From positions 1,888,001 through 1,952,000 of the forward strand of contig OY762964.1 in the NCBI GenBank assembly GCA_963667035.1: 64,000 nucleotides of DNA, written 5' to 3'. Shown one piece after another: positions 49,594 through 61,451 of this stretch (position 1 is the first letter of the stretch; every line of letters starts with the position of its first letter). The DNA is from Candidatus Cloacimonadales bacterium (GTDB taxonomy: Bacteria > Cloacimonadota > Cloacimonadia > Cloacimonadales > JAFGVF01). The translations under genes were made by a program, and so were the position numbers. The notes under the pieces are model-generated. The model did not search any database. It worked only from the letters and a program-made list of their open reading frames with translations, and had not been told where the DNA came from.

Positions 49594-50664
49594 TCAGACA
49601 ATCTTCTTTTCTATATAATTGGAGTTCATTAATCTAAGCAAACCCATGTAATCCATCCCGAATGCTAAGTGGTCACCCACTTTGTAGTTAGCCGGATTAT
49701 CTTCTAGTTCTATCACAATCATGTCTGAACTGGCTCCTGCAAATTTGATTCTATTATCCTTAGGGAAAATATGCTTCTCGTCAACATCCAATAATCCTAG
49801 GTCAATGATTGCCCTGTAGGCTTTCTTGCCTTTATCTTCTTCATCGAACTCTGCAGTTTTGCCTTCAAGATTAGTTCCACGATTTCCGGTTGGTACTATA
49901 GGTTTCTCTGCCAGTTCAATTATCTGTGCATACAATGTAAAAACATTATTGTGCATATCTTCTAAAAGTTTATCACTATATACATCCGTTCCCAGATACA
50001 AACTTTCCCCTACTCTGAAGTGATTAATACCTTTAGGTAGACTATTGTTAAAAATCAATGGTAAAACTACTGAACTCCCTCCCGAGACATAAGGGATTTG
50101 TTTATTGAATTTAGCTTCTATAAGTTGCTCATAAAGACTTAGTTGGATAAGTTTATCCTGACTCGGTAAAACTCCGTACAAGCAAGTAAAGTTTGCTCCA
50201 ATTCCTACCACTTCAAGATTTGGGAGTTGGAAAACTTTCTCATAGAACTTTATAAAATCATCCCTTAAGACTCCTTCCCTGAGTTCTCCCATTTCAATCA
50301 TGATAATAATCTTATGATTTTTATTTTGTTTAACAGCAGCTTTTGACAATGCTCTTATTGTCATTAACTCAGTATTCATGCTAATATCGGCATATTTTAC
50401 AACATTAGCAATCTGGCGTTTAGCAGGTGGTTTAATATAAATTGTCTCTATATCAGGATTCATTGCTTTAATAATCTTTAGATTAGTTAATCTTGAGTCA
50501 CATACCTGAGTTACTCCACACGCATTGATCTCTTCTAAGAATGTTTTGTTACCACATAACACTTTAGTAACAACAGCCCATTTTATCTTATTCTTAATGA
50601 AGAGATTATCCAGATATGTATAGTTCTCTCTAAATTTCTGTCTATCTAATGCTAGAAATGCCAT
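49594..50664 (-). CDS. Alanine/ornithine racemase-family PLP enzyme
   Basis: VVTKVLCG (PLP Lys), DSRL.NL, MIEMGELREG, SGGSS, HFRVGE, GASSDM. Confidence 0.85.
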   Translation of the reverse strand: MAFLALDRQKFRENYTYLDNLFIKNKIKWAVVTKVLCGNKTFLEEINACGVTQVCDSRLTNLKIIKAMNPDIETIYIKPPAKRQIANVVKYADISMNTELMTIRALSKAAVKQNKNHKIIIMIEMGELREGVLRDDFIKFYEKVFQLPNLEVVGIGANFTCLYGVLPSQDKLIQLSLYEQLIEAKFNKQIPYVSGGSSVVLPLIFNNSLPKGINHFRVGESLYLGTDVYSDKLLEDMHNNVFTLYAQIIELAEKPIVPTGNRGTNLEGKTAEFDEEDKGKKAYRAIIDLGLLDVDEKHIFPKDNRIKFAGASSDMIVIELEDNPANYKVGDHLAFGMDYMGLLRLMNSNYIEKKIV

Positions 50665-50676
50665 GATACACCTCTT

Positions 50677-51120
50677 TTATCTTGTATAACGCATCTCTAC
50701 GTATTTAGTTTTAAATCCGACTTTCTCATATAGGTGGATTGCGGGATTATTCTTTTCAACATGAAGTTTGATGGAACCTTTGGTAATCTCAATCACCTCC
50801 TTCATAAGCATCTTACCGATTCCTTTGCCTCTCATTGTATTGTCAACAGCTATATAAACCAGTATTGTCTCAGGAATGTAACCTTTCATACCTGTGTTAT
50901 TAAGAATCACTGCTCCTACTGTATTACCTTCAAAAGTACAATCAATGATTTTACCACCAAATGATTTATGGCGTTCCATAGCATAATCATAACATAATTG
51001 AATCTGCTCTATCGGATCTCCATACTCTTCTAAAGCAGCATATAAAAAACTTACTATTTCCTTTTCTTTACTAATTGTCGGTTCGTTAATTCGGTCATAA
51101 ATGGTAATGTCAAAAGACAT
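50677..51120 (-). CDS. GNAT-family N-acetyltransferase
   Basis: YIAVD..MRGKGIGK, LHVE.NNPA..LYEKVGF. Confidence 0.9.
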   Translation of the reverse strand: MSFDITIYDRINEPTISKEKEIVSFLYAALEEYGDPIEQIQLCYDYAMERHKSFGGKIIDCTFEGNTVGAVILNNTGMKGYIPETILVYIAVDNTMRGKGIGKMLMKEVIEITKGSIKLHVEKNNPAIHLYEKVGFKTKYVEMRYTR

Positions 51121-51327
51121 AATTCTCCTTAAACTGTGTGTGAGGTTAACGATTTTCTAGATGTTAATTTTGAAATGAACTTATAAATGTTATATTGTCA
51201 TTTTCATGAAAAAGAGATATACGTCAAGGAGGAAAATTAAGAGTTGAGATTTCTTAAGTAATATATTTAAATATATGTTACGTTAACTACACACCCTAAA
51301 TCAAGGCATATCAGGTAGTTGTAAAAA

Positions 51328-51355
51328 TAGAGGATTCTACTAGTAGAATCCTCTA
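51328..51355 (-). terminator. Perfect 28-bp palindrome, probable terminator of the lipoprotein pair
   Basis: tagaggattctactagtagaatcctcta, followed by a T-run on the minus strand. Confidence 0.75.
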
Positions 51356-51374
51356 AAAAATCTGAAATTATTGT

Positions 51375-52364
51375 TTATTTTCTCTCGAATGCTCTTTTAA
51401 CAATACATAAGATGTTTGTTCCATCAGAAGAGAATGTTGCTTCCCTAACAGAGCTTCTCAGAGTTAGAACAGTATTGTTTACCAAATCAATTAAGTAGTT
51501 TATATCCTTGCTATCATCTCCGACAAGAATCTTTGTTTGACTTGGAGAAAGAGCAATCTCACCGGATATATTGCTATATGATTGCCTTGTAAACTGATTA
51601 GTTGCCAAATCATAGTATGTAAGATAATTTACCCCTGAATCAACTTCTACACCTATAATCTTCCCTAACTCTTCACTGTATACCATTGATTTGAGAGTAA
51701 TCAACTTATTAACGTGCTCAATCCCTTGCAGATGATTCACTCTATAAAAATGGTCATCTGAAGAATAGTAATAGTTGCTATCATTAGCACAGCCAAGAAC
51801 TGTAGAATGTGATCTAACATGTGTAGTAGTCAATAGATAATCAAGTTTATCATTCACAATATCATATTTCATTAACATGAATCTATCAGCAAAACTTTCA
51901 TTGGTATCCTGCCAATAGAACACGAAATCTCCACTGTCTGAGAAACAAACACCTTTGACTGTTGTACTATTATCATTAATCAATACTGTTCCGCTCCCAT
52001 CACTATTAACTAAGAACAGGGCTTTACCTAACATAACAACAAATGCATCTCTATTCCTACTTACGGCTACTACATCATTCATATCAGGGACAATCATTCT
52101 GTAGTATTCGCCATCAGTTGTTAAGACTCTTATTTCATTGGTATAAGCCACTTCATCTTGCAGGATGTATTCTTGATTATCAATATTGATGTAGTTATAA
52201 TTTCCATCAGGTATATCCAGATAACTCAATATAGGACCATTCAATGATCTTATTGCAACATAATCTCTATAATAGTAATCTTTTGTTTCATCATCAAAAA
52301 GTGAACTGCACCCGTTAAGAATGATTGCTAAAGTTATAATAGACAGCAAATATATTCTTTTCAT
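51375..52364 (-). CDS. Hypothetical lipoprotein, TolB-like beta-propeller
   Basis: LNGC lipobox; FSDSGD, LSPSQTKI and FSSDGT blade-like motifs. Confidence 0.65.
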   Translation of the reverse strand: MKRIYLLSIITLAIILNGCSSLFDDETKDYYYRDYVAIRSLNGPILSYLDIPDGNYNYINIDNQEYILQDEVAYTNEIRVLTTDGEYYRMIVPDMNDVVAVSRNRDAFVVMLGKALFLVNSDGSGTVLINDNSTTVKGVCFSDSGDFVFYWQDTNESFADRFMLMKYDIVNDKLDYLLTTTHVRSHSTVLGCANDSNYYYSSDDHFYRVNHLQGIEHVNKLITLKSMVYSEELGKIIGVEVDSGVNYLTYYDLATNQFTRQSYSNISGEIALSPSQTKILVGDDSKDINYLIDLVNNTVLTLRSSVREATFSSDGTNILCIVKRAFERK

Positions 52365-52373
52365 GTAAACCCC

Positions 52374-53363
52374 CTAATCTACTTCAATCATACCGGCAAT
52401 ATATTCACCATATTCTGAAATTGACGGTTGGGTTTTAAATTTTTTACCTATTAATGTCTCATCCATAGTAGCAAGGTCAATCAAGTAGTTATCTATGATT
52501 ATGTTTTGCCCATCTCTGTAGAATTTAGGAAATGATACACCCTCAACGAACTCATTTATTTGCTTTCTATATATCTCTTCTCCTGATAGCATATCCATTA
52601 CAACCAATTGTTTTCCTGGAGTGTAATATGCTAATCTTTGAGCATCCATTTGATAATCAAAGAATGAGATATCCTCTTCCGTGATTGTTTCAAATGTTCC
52701 TGTTTCTAAATTGAGTAATGCTAGTTGCCCAAATATCGTGTTTCTTCCATAATCATAAAGTTTACCGATGATCAAATCATCATTAATAGATTTGCAATTA
52801 GAGAAGATATAACGACTATCAGAATAGATAATTCTCTTTTCCTGTGTTTCTATGTTTATGGAATATAGTGATCTAAGATCTCCATCTCTCGTTTGATATA
52901 TCAATTCGGTTTCGGAAGAGTTAAAGAAAGGCCATAGCATATTAGAAGATTCAGTAACTATGATTTTAGTCTCTCTTGTAACAACATCAACAATTCTTAA
53001 AATACCACCTGAATAATAGCATATCTTAGTGCCATTATTTGATAATGAGAAATCATCCGGTGTAATCCATTCATTAACTGAATTCCCGAATCTATCTAAT
53101 TCGTGACCTGAAGTCGTATACATTCTTAGATAAGAGCCGGTAATACCCATTAATCTATAGACTTCATCATTATCATCATCGGGATTAAAGAACATGTATG
53201 ACTGTTTATAAAAACCGGTAATCCTAGCAACTTCCTCTTGATCCAGATCCAATATTAAGACATTATAGTTATTTATGTCATAATCATTAAAGCCATCATC
53301 ATAACAACCGAATAACCAAACACCTATTAAAGTAAGTAAGATTGTTTTAGAAAATATTCTCAT
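52374..53363 (-). CDS. Hypothetical lipoprotein, TolB-like beta-propeller
   Basis: LFGC lipobox; LSNNGTKI, PFFN, PKFYRDG and PSISEYG blade-like motifs; same length (329 aa) as its neighbour. Confidence 0.65.
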   Translation of the reverse strand: MRIFSKTILLTLIGVWLFGCYDDGFNDYDINNYNVLILDLDQEEVARITGFYKQSYMFFNPDDDNDEVYRLMGITGSYLRMYTTSGHELDRFGNSVNEWITPDDFSLSNNGTKICYYSGGILRIVDVVTRETKIIVTESSNMLWPFFNSSETELIYQTRDGDLRSLYSINIETQEKRIIYSDSRYIFSNCKSINDDLIIGKLYDYGRNTIFGQLALLNLETGTFETITEEDISFFDYQMDAQRLAYYTPGKQLVVMDMLSGEEIYRKQINEFVEGVSFPKFYRDGQNIIIDNYLIDLATMDETLIGKKFKTQPSISEYGEYIAGMIEVD

Positions 53364-53698
53364 ATCCCCTCCTCCTATAACTCATTACTTATATATGTTT
53401 CTTATCCTCTAACTTTTTTCTCTCAAGAATAATCTTTATTACTATCATATTTGAACTAATAAAACTTTTATTGTCAAGAAAGAAATCCTAAAATGTCTAG
53501 TTTGTGTATAAAATTTTGTGAATTATCCAATTACTAGAAACTATCTACTTAGAACAGGTATAGAGTAACTTAGAACCGTAAATAAAAGCGGATAAAATAA
53601 ACTTACAACTGAAGGATAAAGTTAATAAAAGATATTGACCAAGATTAAATAAATGTATGATTTGGTTAATTAGTTTATAAGGGTGTAGGAGGTATGTT

Positions 53699-54370
53699 AT
53701 TAAACACTGTAGTTACATAGTTGTCAAATTTCCGGATATAGAGTTTCAAAGTAGAGATTTACCAAAACTGAGAGGTTTTTTTGCTAATAAATTCAAAGAT
53801 AACACTATCTTTCATAATCATTTACCGGATGGTAAATATTCTTATAGAATGCCATTGATACAATACCGGATAATTGATGGGTATCCTGCTTTGATAGGAA
53901 TCAGAGACGCAATAGACATAATCAAAGGACTGTTCTTTGATTTAAACGAAATCACTATTCTCGATAAACAGTTTGTAACAAATGAAAGAGAAGTCTGTTT
54001 TTTAGAAGAATCACTAGGGATAAGTGAAGACTACAAGAACTATATATTTTCATCTCCATGGTTAGCTCTTAATCAGGAGAATCATAAATCCTACAAACAA
54101 ATGCATCCGATAGAACAGAAACGTTTTCTAAACAGAATCTTAAAGAACAATCTTTTAACTCTCTCCAAAGGCTTTGAGTACTGGATCGAAAACTTTGATA
54201 AAGTAGAGCTTGAAGGATGGTTTCATGAGATACAAGTGAATTTTAAGAATAGAAAACTGATTGGTTTTAAGGGCGAGTTTACAACGAACTTTGCAATCCC
54301 TAAATATTTCGGACTAGGTAAACAGTCAGCTCGTGGATTTGGAGTTGTTGAACTGAAAAAGGAAGGATAA
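53699..54370 (+). CDS. cas6: CRISPR-associated endoribonuclease Cas6 (Cas6b type); apparent start codon ATT
   Basis: Frame is open 50 codons upstream of the listed ATG (IVVKFPD...LPKLRGFF...FHNHLPDG..YRMPLIQY), up to ATT 53699, 6 nt after AGGAGG. C-terminal GLGKQSARGFG loop. Confidence 0.85.
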   Translation: MKHCSYIVVKFPDIEFQSRDLPKLRGFFANKFKDNTIFHNHLPDGKYSYRMPLIQYRIIDGYPALIGIRDAIDIIKGLFFDLNEITILDKQFVTNEREVCFLEESLGISEDYKNYIFSSPWLALNQENHKSYKQMHPIEQKRFLNRILKNNLLTLSKGFEYWIENFDKVELEGWFHEIQVNFKNRKLIGFKGEFTTNFAIPKYFGLGKQSARGFGVVELKKEG

Positions 54371-56217
54371 TGATACATAAAATGTATGCTCTATATGATT
54401 TGTTTGGTGTTGATTTTGTCGAAAGTATGAATAATCAGTATGGACTCGTTAATGACGATGAAGAGCACATTGTAATCGTTCAAAACATTGAGTTGAAGAA
54501 TAATATTGCCTCTTTAGGTAGAATTGAAATGCTTCAATATAATAAACAGATGAATCTGAGGAACTTTTTTTATAAAAAAGCTCCCGGTCAGAGAAAGTCA
54601 CCTTTCCCCACTATTGTTGTGACTTTAGATTCATTAAGTCATGAGTCAAATGGGAAAAATGAGTTTGAATCAAAATTCTCAAGGAAGATATCAGCAATTC
54701 TTTCCGGAAATTGCAAAATTAACAAGGAATTGAAGCCAATACTGAATCTACATCAGAACGAAATTTCTATTATATCCGATACTCTTAAAGAGACAATATC
54801 CATTAAGCCGAAGGATAAGTATTTATATACAATCAAGATTAATGGTTTTTACACTGGAGAATCTGAGTATTATAATGGAATCAAAAAGAATAGTATCGAA
54901 AATCTATACTCAGGATATTATCATTTAAGTGAATCAAAAGAGATTCAAGGTAAGGATTTTACATGCTCAATCTGTAGAAGTAACTCAAAAACAGCATGGG
55001 GTTATGTTTCTACTTTCAATTTCTATACATCAAAAACAGACCATCAGCCAATTGCTGGTGGATTCATGAAGGAAAGAGCCCACTACAATTATCCTGTTTG
55101 CCCTGAATGTGCGGAAAAACTATATAAAATGAAACCTCTGATTGAGAATTATTTTAATTACAGATTCTGTGGACTCAACTACTTCTTGATACCTGAATTC
55201 ATTTCGGTAAGTTTAAACAAAAACTATATCAAAGATATATTGGAACTCTTTGTTACCGATAACAGAGAGGAAACCAAAATTGGAAAGTTAAGTCTCGGAA
55301 AAAATAGAAGTATTGTAGAAGATGATACCGAAGATATATTTGAGTCTTTATCTGAATCTAAGAACATAGCAAACTATACTATGCTATTCTATCAACAAAA
55401 CAATCAAGAGTTTAAAATTCTCTCTACTCTGGAAGGTATATTTCCCAGTCAATTCGAGAAGATTTTTACAACTAAAGATATTGTTGAATCTTATGAAGTT
55501 TTCCATAAACTAAAGGGTTTAAAGAAGGATGCTATCGATAATCATAAATTTACTTTCAACGGTATAGTTAAAGCCTTTTTCCCTATTAATAGTAAAATGG
55601 AAGGCGATTTTACAAAAGCTTTCTTAGAAATATCCAGAGCTATATTTATGCAGAGCACAATTGAGTATAATTATATCCTTGATAGGATTGTGAAAGTTAT
55701 CCGTAAACAGTTTATTAATGAACAATATTGGAGTATTTATACATTAAAAGGATTAATGTTGTTGCACTTTTTGATTGAATTAGGGTCAATAAATAAAGAG
55801 AAACCTAAATTTAAGGAGGTAAATTTGAATAAGAAGTATTGTGATTTCTTTACTGAACACAGTAGTGTTTTCGGTACGAATTCAGCAAAAGCCGTCTTTT
55901 TGATTGGAGTATTGTGCCAATTCCTTCTAAATATACAACAACGGGAAAGAAGCTGTACACCATTTAGGAAAAAGTTAAATAGTCTGAAGCTTAATCCTGA
56001 GTTAATAACAAAACTTTATCCACAGATTATCGAGAAATTGGAGCAATATGATTCCAACTATTACAAAGAATTGGAAACGGATATATCTAGTTTGCTGATA
56101 ACTGAAAGTCTGGACGTCCTTAACAATAATGAGATAAGTTTTTATTTTGTTTTGGGTATGACACTTAGTAAAAAACTTAAGATTGATAAAAATGAAAAAG
56201 GAGATAATAATGATTAA
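54370..56217 (+). CDS. cas8b: Type I-B large subunit Cas8b (TM1802/Csh1-like)
   Basis: CSIC...FYT...GGF...NYPVCPEC Zn motif, YFLIPE; C-terminal Cas11-like FL.GVL..LL.IQ...PF.K.L...ISFYFVLGM. Confidence 0.85.
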   Translation: MIHKMYALYDLFGVDFVESMNNQYGLVNDDEEHIVIVQNIELKNNIASLGRIEMLQYNKQMNLRNFFYKKAPGQRKSPFPTIVVTLDSLSHESNGKNEFESKFSRKISAILSGNCKINKELKPILNLHQNEISIISDTLKETISIKPKDKYLYTIKINGFYTGESEYYNGIKKNSIENLYSGYYHLSESKEIQGKDFTCSICRSNSKTAWGYVSTFNFYTSKTDHQPIAGGFMKERAHYNYPVCPECAEKLYKMKPLIENYFNYRFCGLNYFLIPEFISVSLNKNYIKDILELFVTDNREETKIGKLSLGKNRSIVEDDTEDIFESLSESKNIANYTMLFYQQNNQEFKILSTLEGIFPSQFEKIFTTKDIVESYEVFHKLKGLKKDAIDNHKFTFNGIVKAFFPINSKMEGDFTKAFLEISRAIFMQSTIEYNYILDRIVKVIRKQFINEQYWSIYTLKGLMLLHFLIELGSINKEKPKFKEVNLNKKYCDFFTEHSSVFGTNSAKAVFLIGVLCQFLLNIQQRERSCTPFRKKLNSLKLNPELITKLYPQIIEKLEQYDSNYYKELETDISSLLITESLDVLNNNEISFYFVLGMTLSKKLKIDKNEKGDNND

Positions 56218-57103
56218 AAGAACCGAGATTCTATTCTTGTATGATGTACAAAATGCAAATCCTAATGGAGACCCTTCAGATGAGAATAAGCCACGTATTG
56301 ATGAAGAAACAGGAATCAATATTGTTACTGATGTAAGGCTAAAAAGAACCATCAGAGATTATCTCATGAAATACAAAGGTTACAATGGAGAAAATGGAAA
56401 GGATATATTTATCCGTCAAACCAATGTTGATAATGATCCGGCTAAAGGATTAAATGACGCAAAAGGAAGAGCTGAAAACTTCAACAATGATGAAAATAAG
56501 ATTATTGAAACATGCATTGATGTAAGACTCTTCGGTGGTGTTATTCCTGTAAAGAAGACTGGTAAGAAAGACAGCTCAATTACTTTAACCGGTCCCGTTC
56601 AGTTTAAGATGGGGCAATCACTTCACAAAGTCAAGTTACAACACATAAAGGGAACGGGAGCATTTGCTTCTAAAGCAGGTGCAGAACAGCAAACATTTAG
56701 AGAAGAGTATATACTTCCTTATTCGTTGATTGCTTTCTATGGTATTATCAATGAAAATACTGCAAAGCACACTAAACTAAGGGAAGCTGATGTTGAAGAC
56801 CTCTTCGAAGCCATTTGGAATGGTACAAAACAACTAACTACCCGTTCAAAGTTTGAGCATAATCCTAGAATGTTGTTAACAATTGAGCATGATAATCCGA
56901 ATTTCTTTATCGGTAATCTAGATAAATACATTAGTCTCAAATCAGATAAAAAAGATGATGAGTTAAGAAATATTTCCGAGTTAGCTCTTGATATGGAGGC
57001 TCTAGTAATAAAACTGTCTGAGTTAAAAAAAGATGATAATAAATTCAAGGTTGTTATGCGTGAAAAAGACTCAAATCTAACACTTGAAAACTGGGATTAC
57101 TAA
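56210..57103 (+). CDS. cas7: Type I-B Cas7 (Csh2)
   Basis: NANPNGDP..ENKPRID, VTDVRLKRTIRDY, DVRLFGG, TGPVQF, TTRSK. Start set at the ATG of MIKRTE. Confidence 0.92.
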   Translation: MIKRTEILFLYDVQNANPNGDPSDENKPRIDEETGINIVTDVRLKRTIRDYLMKYKGYNGENGKDIFIRQTNVDNDPAKGLNDAKGRAENFNNDENKIIETCIDVRLFGGVIPVKKTGKKDSSITLTGPVQFKMGQSLHKVKLQHIKGTGAFASKAGAEQQTFREEYILPYSLIAFYGIINENTAKHTKLREADVEDLFEAIWNGTKQLTTRSKFEHNPRMLLTIEHDNPNFFIGNLDKYISLKSDKKDDELRNISELALDMEALVIKLSELKKDDNKFKVVMREKDSNLTLENWDY

Positions 57104-57117
57104 ACATGGAGGACTAA

Positions 57118-57834
57118 ATGACTCCAGAAAGAGTATTAGTATTTGATTTAGCAGGTGATTACGCCCAGTTCAGGAAGTTCTTCACAAATATGTCTCCTAC
57201 TACTTTTTCAGTACCACCCCGTACTGTTATCGTAGGAATTATTGGAGCAATAATCGGAATTGATAAAAGCATCAATCCTAGTATATATCATGAAAAAAGT
57301 AGTTTTGTTGGTATCAAACTGTTAAAACCGATTAAGAAAACATCGATTACAATGAACTATATTAAAGCAGTTACAATGTCTCAGATTAATCGATTTAAGA
57401 ACCATAAACCAACTAACATAGAGTTCTTGAAGGATGTGGCATATAGAATCTATTTCTCTCACACAGATGATAAAATATACAATGAGTTAAAATCAATGCT
57501 GTCTCAAAACGGTTCTTATTACTCTATCTCATTAGGATTAAGTAATTGTCTTGCTGAGTATGAGTTTCGTGGTGAATTCGCAATCGAGAAAGGCTCCAAT
57601 AATGCTAAGTATAGTATCGCCTCAGTAATACCTTATGAAATGATAAAAGAGCTTATCTTTAGTGAGAAGTTACATATTCGTAAGGATACCATTCCAGGGA
57701 CAATGAATGCAGATAGAAAAGTGACTAATTATAGAGAAATAATATTTGAGACTGAAGGGCACTCCATAGAGATAGTACCGCAAGAGCCACCATTATATAT
57801 CAAAAATCTCGATGAATATATTTATGGAATCTGA
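57118..57834 (+). CDS. cas5: Type I-B Cas5
   Basis: FDLAGDYAQFRK...TFSVPPRT..GIIGAIIG, YRIY and SLG motifs. Confidence 0.9.
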   Translation: MTPERVLVFDLAGDYAQFRKFFTNMSPTTFSVPPRTVIVGIIGAIIGIDKSINPSIYHEKSSFVGIKLLKPIKKTSITMNYIKAVTMSQINRFKNHKPTNIEFLKDVAYRIYFSHTDDKIYNELKSMLSQNGSYYSISLGLSNCLAEYEFRGEFAIEKGSNNAKYSIASVIPYEMIKELIFSEKLHIRKDTIPGTMNADRKVTNYREIIFETEGHSIEIVPQEPPLYIKNLDEYIYGI

Positions 57835-60121
57835 GTTACTTTCACATCCTAAGATAACGCTTGACGAACACCTTACAAGTGTTTATTTAAGAGGAATTAA
57901 ACTATTTGAGAAGAATAGAGTTTTCTCGGAATTAAAAAGGATTCTGGAAATCTCTCTTCTCTTTCATGATCTTGGCAAAGCTTCTAAACACTTTCAGAAT
58001 TACATAAGAGGAACAGAACTCAAAAGTAACAGTTCTAGGCATTCCGGAATTTCTGCTGCCTGGACATATCTATATCTCTCCAAGTTGCTTAAGCTATCCG
58101 AGCTCGATTCATTATTAGGTTACCTGATTGTGAGGAAACATCATAACAATTTTGATGACATTAAACAAATGCTTATAATGCCTGATGAAAGCTTGTTAGA
58201 GATAAGTGAAAATATAGACTATGACAAGCTTGTCAAAATCTATTCTAAAGCACTGGACGATTGTATCGTTATTGAACATGACATGTTTGTAGAGTTTCTT
58301 AAGCAATTAGAAACCAAATCACTATACAGGAGATTGAGAAGACATATTAAATCCCTTCCAAATGACTATTGGATAAAGCTAAATTATTTGTTTTCAATCT
58401 TAGTATATGCTGATAAAGAAGAAGCAATTTTCCACTCTAAAGTAGACTCGTCTGACACCAGATATTGGAAACAATCTTTTGTTCCAAACTATATTCAGTC
58501 TCTTCCTAAAACTGAAAGTTTTCTAAACAGTTTAAGAGCAAAAGCTTTTAATAATCTGAATGAATTAACACCAAGACAAGGTATTCAATCAATAAACCTT
58601 CCAACCGGATTAGGAAAAACATTATCAACATTAAATTATGCAATAAAGCTAAAGGACTCATTAAATAGTAATAGTAGTATAATCTACTGCTTACCTTTTA
58701 CATCAATCATTGATCAAAACTTCAATGTCTTTAAGAATGTGTTCCAAATGAATAACTTAAGTTATACTAATAATGCTTTGTTATCCCATCATCATTTAGT
58801 AGATTTAAACTTCATTGGTACTAGCGATTTCAGTCTACATGAATCTGAATTTCTTATTGAGACTTGGAACAGCGAGTTAATTGTAACTACATTTGTGCAA
58901 ATAATCTTAACGCTGTTTTCATTCAGGAACACTTCTTTAAAGAGATTTCATAAATTAGCAAATTCAATAATAATCTTGGATGAGGTACAAAGTATTCCAT
59001 CGGAATACTGGTCACTTATTAGAAAGGGCTTACAAGCTATCTGTGATTATATGAATGCGACCGTTATTCTGGTTACAGCTACGATGCCCTTAATCTTTGA
59101 GAAAAATACATTAGTTGAACTGATTTCAGATAAAGAAAGTTTTTTTGGTAAAATGAATAGAGTAACTCTTGATGTAAGCTTACTCAATAAAAAGACTGAT
59201 ATAAATACATTCATAGACACTATCCTTGGCAGATATAATACTAAACCTGATATAAACAGACTTATCATAGTTAACACAATTCAATGCTCAATACAGCTTT
59301 ATGAGGCACTAAGACTAGAACTTGATTCAGAGAGATTAATCTATCTATCATCTAATGTTATTCCTAAACATCGTTTAAGTAGAATTAATAAAATTAAAGC
59401 TGAACCCGGAAAAGGATTTATCATTGTTTCTACCCAAGTAGTTGAGGCAGGTGTTGATATTGATGTTGAGGAAGTTTATAGGGATTTAGCTCCTTTAGAC
59501 TCAGTAATACAGGCATCAGGAAGATGTAATAGAAATGCTATTGGGAATCAAGGTAATGTTGTACTGATACAATTAACTAACAACAATAGGTTTTATTGGA
59601 GTTTTGTTTATGATCAAGTTTTAATTCAAGCCACAACCAATTCCATTGTCTCCCTGAATAAAATGATTATTCCTGAGATTGATTACCCTAAGTTAACAAA
59701 GCGATACTATTACTCTTTAAATGAAGCAATATCTTAAACAAAATCGGACATGATATGGCAATCTCTAACCTCACTGAATTATTCGCAAGCTTTGGATAAT
59801 ACTAATAATGATAAATATGTATTATCGCTATTTAATGACCATAAAACAACAACTGTTTTTGTGGAAATCGACAATAGTGCTACCCAAGTCATGCAAGAAT
59901 TTTGTTCTCTTGAACTTAATCCTGACGAGAATGAATATGAGTTTAGAGCTCGTAAAAGAGATGCCTACAGAAAGTTATCTCCATACATCATAAATGTTCC
60001 TGAGAAGTATCTTAAAACAGAAAATAACCTGTATATACTAAATAAGGATATGTTAAGAACTATGTATGACGGAGATACAGGATTTAAACGCATGTCTAAA
60101 CAAGAGGACTTTATACTATGA
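57812..60121 (+). pseudogene. cas3: Cas3 HD-nuclease/helicase interrupted by an in-frame TAA
   Basis: HD (FHDLGK), PTGLGKT, DEVQ, TATMP, QASGRCNR. TAA at 59735-59737 is followed by the same frame to 60121. Confidence 0.88.
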
Positions 60122-61149
60122 TGCAACTATTTATAAATACTTATGGAACATATATAAAAAAGCACGATGATATGTTTGAACTTGTTATTGATGGCAAGAA
60201 AACAAAGATAACTCCTGAGAAAGTAAGCTCAATAGTAATCACAAACGGAGTCATGTTAACTTCAGATGTTATAAAGCTTGCAATGGATTATAATATTGAT
60301 ATAATCTTTCTTGATGAGTTTGGTGACCCATACGGAAGAATATGGTATCCAAAAATTGGTAGTACAGTTGCTATCAGAAGAAGACAATTGGAAATAATGG
60401 GAGAACCTATTTCTTTGGATTTTATCAAGTACACAATACATTCTAAGATGTCCAACCAGTTAGCTTTTGTTAAGAAGCTTCTTTCTTAACGTGATATCAC
60501 TACAGATGATTATATGAGAAGATTTCGCAGTATGAAAGAGATATTCAATAATTTACATGAAGCTACCGGTTCTCTGGATAATCTATCAAATTCTATACGA
60601 GGTTGGGAAGGTAGTTTCTCTCGTATTTACCTCGAAATACTCAATAACATTATTCCCAAGGCATACAAGTTTTCAGGGAGAAGTAAAAGACCTGCAAAAG
60701 ATGCTTTTAATGCTTTTCTGAACTATGGATATGGTATTCTATATAGTAGAGTCGAAAGAGCCCTTATTATTGCAGGATTAGATCCTTATGTCAGATTTCT
60801 TCATACAGACAACTTTAACAAGAAATCATTAGTCTTTGATTTCATTGAACCATATCGGGATTTAGTTGACGAACAAGTATTTTACATCTTTTCTAAAAGA
60901 CAGTTTAAACAGGAATTCATTGAAGAAATCAAGGATGGTGTAAAAGTTTCCACCGACGGTAAGAAGTTCTTTATCTCAATCCTCATGGAAAGCTTCGATG
61001 AGATAATCAGATACAGAAACAAAAATCGGAAAAGGATTGATACTATCCAAGCGGATGCTCATGCTTTTGCTAACTATTTAATTGGCTGTAATGAAGCATA
61101 TAAAGAGAATTCTGTTGAAACTAGGATTAACAACTTACTTAAGGAATAG
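60118..61149 (+). pseudogene. cas1: Cas1 interrupted by an in-frame TAA
   Basis: TAA at 60487-60489; the 60514 ORF is in the same frame (RGWEG, NAFLNYGYGIL, GLDPYV.FLH, DFIEPYR). Confidence 0.9.
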
Positions 61150-61158
61150 GTGTCAACA

Positions 61159-61449
<291 letters not shown>

Positions 61450-61451
61450 TT

